Shown: in pieces, positions 61,069-64,000 of the stretch | Numbering within the stretch: the first letter of the stretch is position 1 | Layout of the letters: the number at the start of each line of letters is the position of its first letter | Made by a program: the position numbers and the translations under genes | Notes under the pieces: generated by a model | The model's input: only the letters and a program-made list of their open reading frames with translations | Told to the model about the DNA's origin: nothing | Databases searched by the model: none | NCBI GenBank assembly: GCA_009784375.1 | Contig: WRBV01000001.1 | Span: 97,445-161,444 of the forward strand | From: Bacillota bacterium | GTDB taxonomy: Bacteria > Bacillota > Clostridia > Christensenellales > UBA1242 | Direction: 5' to 3' | DNA length: 64,000 nt

Positions 61069-62121
61069 ATGACACAAGAAATTATAAAACTTGCCGAGAA
61101 AATACGCTCTGATGAAATGTCGTATTTTATTGTAATAGGAACAGGCGGCAGCATCAACGGAGCAAAGGCGGTCATTGATGCACTAGGGGTCAAGGTAAGG
61201 AAGAGTGGAACATATCAAATAATCAAGTTTGTAGGAGATGAACTTGATGATGCTGAGATAGAACATCTAGAAAAGATGATACAGAGTAAATATAGTGTTT
61301 ACATAAATTATATATCAAAGAGTGGTAATACCCTTGAGCCAAAGCTTGTATTTGAACATTTGCTAAAATCGATGAAGCAAAAGTATTCTAACGAAGAATT
61401 AAAACAAAGAATTATCTGCACAACAACCGACGGAAAAGGTGAATTGTATAACCAAGCAAAGGAAGAGGGATGGGCAATGCATTTTATTCCCGAAAATGTC
61501 GGCGGGAGATACAGCATATTTACGCCTGCGGGGTTATTGCCTATTGCGGTTGCTGGACTTGATATACAGGCGTTTTTAAATGGCAGTAAGAATTCACCAG
61601 CGATAAATTTGGGGAAAGACTTGTTTAATTATACAACAGGAGAAAGCATTCAGAAGTGTGACATAAATGTGTTCGTTTTCTTTCAAAAAAGATTAGAGCC
61701 ACTTGGAGCCTGGGCTTGCCAACTTTTTAATGAATCTTGTGGAAAAGATGGTAAAGGAATTTTCAGTTCCACCGCAATCTATCCACGAGATTTGCATTCA
61801 CTTGGGCAAATGGTTCAAGATGGAAAACGTAATTTGGTCGAGACCTTTATTAAATTTAATGAACTTGATAATTGCAAAAGATTCGGTAAAGTTAACAAGG
61901 CAATTTATGATGCAACATACAAAGCACATACAGATGACAACATCCCAGTAATCCAAGTAAATGTTGAAAGACTTGATGAATTTCATCTTGGCGGACTTAT
62001 GCAGTTAATGATGGATGAATGCATTGATTACTGTCAATCTCTTGATGTAAATCCATTTGATCAACCAGGTGTAGAAAAATATAAAAAATGCTTACTTAAA
62101 TTACGTTCTATCGAACGCTGA
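61069..62121 (+). CDS. pgi: Glucose-6-phosphate isomerase, unusually short form (350 aa)
   Basis: VIGTGGSINGAKAV, ISKSGNTLEP, ENVGGRYSIFTPAGLLPIAVAG and FDQPGVEKYK are present. Confidence 0.8.
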   Translation: MTQEIIKLAEKIRSDEMSYFIVIGTGGSINGAKAVIDALGVKVRKSGTYQIIKFVGDELDDAEIEHLEKMIQSKYSVYINYISKSGNTLEPKLVFEHLLKSMKQKYSNEELKQRIICTTTDGKGELYNQAKEEGWAMHFIPENVGGRYSIFTPAGLLPIAVAGLDIQAFLNGSKNSPAINLGKDLFNYTTGESIQKCDINVFVFFQKRLEPLGAWACQLFNESCGKDGKGIFSSTAIYPRDLHSLGQMVQDGKRNLVETFIKFNELDNCKRFGKVNKAIYDATYKAHTDDNIPVIQVNVERLDEFHLGGLMQLMMDECIDYCQSLDVNPFDQPGVEKYKKCLLKLRSIER

Positions 62122-62202
62122 TGCATTTTTTGGACATTAAGGGAATTCATAAATACAACATAATTGAATTATTGAAATCCTGAAAGCTTTTTCTAAAATA
62201 GG

Positions 62203-62217
62203 TGTTATACTTGCACT
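62203..62217 (+). promoter_or_regulatory. Extended -10 TGtTATACT placed 6 nt before ATG 62218 (leaderless layout)
   Basis: TATACT at 62206-62211, ATG at 62218. Confidence 0.55.
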
Positions 62218-63207
62218 ATGACAAAAGAATTATATATTGTAACTGGTGGGACTGGTTTCGTTGGAAATAATCTTGTACGCGAAATTGAAAGACAAGGAAA
62301 GGATGTTGTTGTACTTGCACGAAATCTTGATAAATGTAATTGTTCTCTGAAGGATTGCAGCGCAAAAATCACATGTGGCACAATTATGAGTATTGAATGT
62401 CTGGAAGAACTCTTTGATGGTGTCGGAAAAGATACAAAAGCAATTTTTATACATACTGCTTCTTATGTTTATATAGGGTCTAATCGTAAAAAGATTAAAC
62501 ATATGTTTGAAACAAATATTGATGGGACACGTAATGTTATAAATGCATGTTTACGACACAAAGCACGACTTGTGTATATAAGTTCGGTGCATGCCATCCC
62601 CGAAACACCAGGCGGTGGGGTAATAACCGAAGTAGGTCGCTTTGATGCCAAGTGGGTGGTTGGTCATTATGCAAAGTCAAAAGCAATGGCAAGCCAGATG
62701 GTTCTTGATGCTGTACGTGATGAAAATCTTGATGCCGTATTGGTTCATCCGTCTGGGATTACTGGTCCAAATGATTTTTCGGATACACATTTAACCCAAA
62801 TGGTGGATGATTACAAAAACAACAGAATTCCCGCATCAGTTGTAGGCGGTTATGATTTCGTTGATGTTCGCGATGTTGTGTCGGGAACACTTGCGGCGGC
62901 AGAGTCTGGAAAAACGGGTGAGTGTTATTTGCTTACCAATCGGTTTTATACAGTACGACAAGTTCTTGATACTTTACACGAACTTGGAATTGGAAAAAAG
63001 GTTAAACGCAATATGCCTATGTGGATTGCTCGCGTTGGGTTACCATTTTTGACACTTTATTTTAAAATCTTAAAAAAACGTCCGCTTTATACACGATATT
63101 CGTTATATACACTTGGAAGTAATAGTAATTTTTCACATGAAAAGGCAAGTACCGAGCTTGGATATAATCCACGAGAATTAAAAGAAAGTTTGAAAGATAT
63201 GATATAA
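62218..63207 (+). CDS. NAD-dependent epimerase/dehydratase (extended SDR, dihydroflavonol-reductase-like)
   Basis: VTGGTGFVGNNL and YAKSKAMA (YxxxK) are present. Confidence 0.85.
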   Translation: MTKELYIVTGGTGFVGNNLVREIERQGKDVVVLARNLDKCNCSLKDCSAKITCGTIMSIECLEELFDGVGKDTKAIFIHTASYVYIGSNRKKIKHMFETNIDGTRNVINACLRHKARLVYISSVHAIPETPGGGVITEVGRFDAKWVVGHYAKSKAMASQMVLDAVRDENLDAVLVHPSGITGPNDFSDTHLTQMVDDYKNNRIPASVVGGYDFVDVRDVVSGTLAAAESGKTGECYLLTNRFYTVRQVLDTLHELGIGKKVKRNMPMWIARVGLPFLTLYFKILKKRPLYTRYSLYTLGSNSNFSHEKASTELGYNPRELKESLKDMI

Positions 63208-63222
63208 GAGGGATAATGTTTT

Positions 63223-64000
63223 ATGACCAAAATTTTTGTATACACAGGCACGGGTAATTCATATGCAAGTGCCAAACAAATGGCGAGCGAGATTGAAAAT
63301 GCCGAAGTAATTTTCATAACCGATGAATTGGGTGAATCACGTACACATATCGAATGTGAAACATGCATTATAATTTTTCCAGTATATGGATATGGTATGC
63401 CAAAGACTGTACGTCGTTTTATAAAACAAAGCACATTCAAGGTTGATTATTTCGCCGTTCTTGGTACTGTGGGTTCCACTCAAGGCGGTGCGCTTGCCGA
63501 GGCGATAAGATTACTGCGAGGCAAAGGTCAAAAAGTTCATTATACCAATAGAATCAAATGCGTAGAAAACTATGTCCACATGTTTAAATTACCAACAGAA
63601 GAAAAAATTGAAACGCTTTGCCAAAGTCAATGCGAGCTTACGAGCAATATTGTCCAAGATATAAAAGCACGAGTCGAGAATAAGCGAATATTGTTACGCC
63701 CAGAATCAAGCTTTGTAAGTGGGGTTTTCAAGGTTGCAAGCCCGTTTTTCGCACGTCGTTATAGGGTAGATGCCGATTGCAATGGTTGTGGCATTTGTTA
63801 TCGCGTATGCCCAGCACTTGCAATAGAAATGAAAGAACTTCGAACAATTGAAATAAATCAAGAAACAAACGAAGAAATTGAAACTATAAAGAAAAGACCA
63901 GAATTTACTGCAAAAAAATGCGACCATTGTCAGGCATGTTTGCAACTTTGTCCAAAGCGTGCAATTTTGTTTGGAAAAATAACAAAAGATGGGAGAAGAT
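63223..64000 (+). CDS. Flavodoxin-like domain fused to a 2x[4Fe-4S] ferredoxin domain (EFR1-like), 3' end outside the window
   Basis: Not in the track because no stop falls inside the window. MTKIFVYTGTGNSYASAK... then CNGCGICYRVCP and CDHCQACLQLCP. SD AGAGGGA upstream. Confidence 0.65.
   Translation, partial: MTKIFVYTGTGNSYASAKQMASEIENAEVIFITDELGESRTHIECETCIIIFPVYGYGMPKTVRRFIKQSTFKVDYFAVLGTVGSTQGGALAEAIRLLRGKGQKVHYTNRIKCVENYVHMFKLPTEEKIETLCQSQCELTSNIVQDIKARVENKRILLRPESSFVSGVFKVASPFFARRYRVDADCNGCGICYRVCPALAIEMKELRTIEINQETNEEIETIKKRPEFTAKKCDHCQACLQLCPKRAILFGKITKDGRR

Noticed and set aside
61095-61110. Hammerhead-like CUGAUGA core (gctctgatgaaatg)
   Set aside because: It lies inside the pgi coding frame, with no flanking helices or GAAA element. 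Chance occurrence.
1-64000. CRISPR arrays, rRNA genes, integrases, transposases or prophage genes
   Set aside because: No regularly spaced direct repeats of 25-40 nt were seen. The only tandem DNA repeats are the 7-nt array at 50489 and the coding low-complexity tracts. No ORF shows recombinase or transposase motifs.
1-64000. Alternative genetic code (UGA as Trp, as in Mollicutes), considered because of the AT-richness
   Set aside because: Conserved genes end on TGA at the expected position (for example rpoB at 50490-50492 and the ABC ATPase at 3895-3897). None of the long conserved ORFs needs TGA read-through.

Overview
This is an AT-rich bacterial chromosomal window using the standard code. 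Conserved genes such as rpoB end on in-frame TGA. The gene content looks like a low-GC Firmicutes/Clostridia-type organism. Core genes recognised by motif are recA, dnaX, ybaB, gltX, rlmB, mrnC, hup, comFC, tsaC/sua5, murB, rsmG, rmuC, serS, rpoB, rpoC, a secG-like gene and pgi, plus tRNA-Leu(UAA) and tRNA-Cys(GCA). Sporulation-associated genes are also present: yabP, a SpoVB/MurJ-like flippase, a DUF421/YetF-like protein and a degenerate LytM protein. Accessory envelope genes are interspersed with these. They include a 2612-aa Ig-repeat/GLUG surface protein lying between the two tRNAs, an 877-aa beta-helix-like protein, an ABC system, an LtaS-like sulfatase and an amidase. I found no CRISPR array, rRNA, integrase or transposase. 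The observations most worth follow-up are: (1) a recurring leaderless-mRNA layout (extended -10, then 5-6 nt, then ATG) at 13 starts (12 annotated genes plus one candidate small ORF); (2) dnaX split into a short gamma-like ORF and a -1-frame ORF resembling the tau C-terminus, with a C CCA AAA heptamer inside the frame overlap; (3) an 83-codon ORF between rpoB and rpoC, preceded by GTGACAA heptad repeats; (4) a 16-nt box plus a covarying hairpin in front of the SD of serS and secG; (5) decayed tRNA-Cys fragments around the intact tRNA-Cys; (6) a terminator/antiterminator leader ahead of an ATP-grasp/M20/LtaS-like operon; (7) a recA-MazG-MazG operon with a non-Cheo palindrome over its promoter. 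All coordinates were counted by hand and all family calls come from remembered motifs, not searches.
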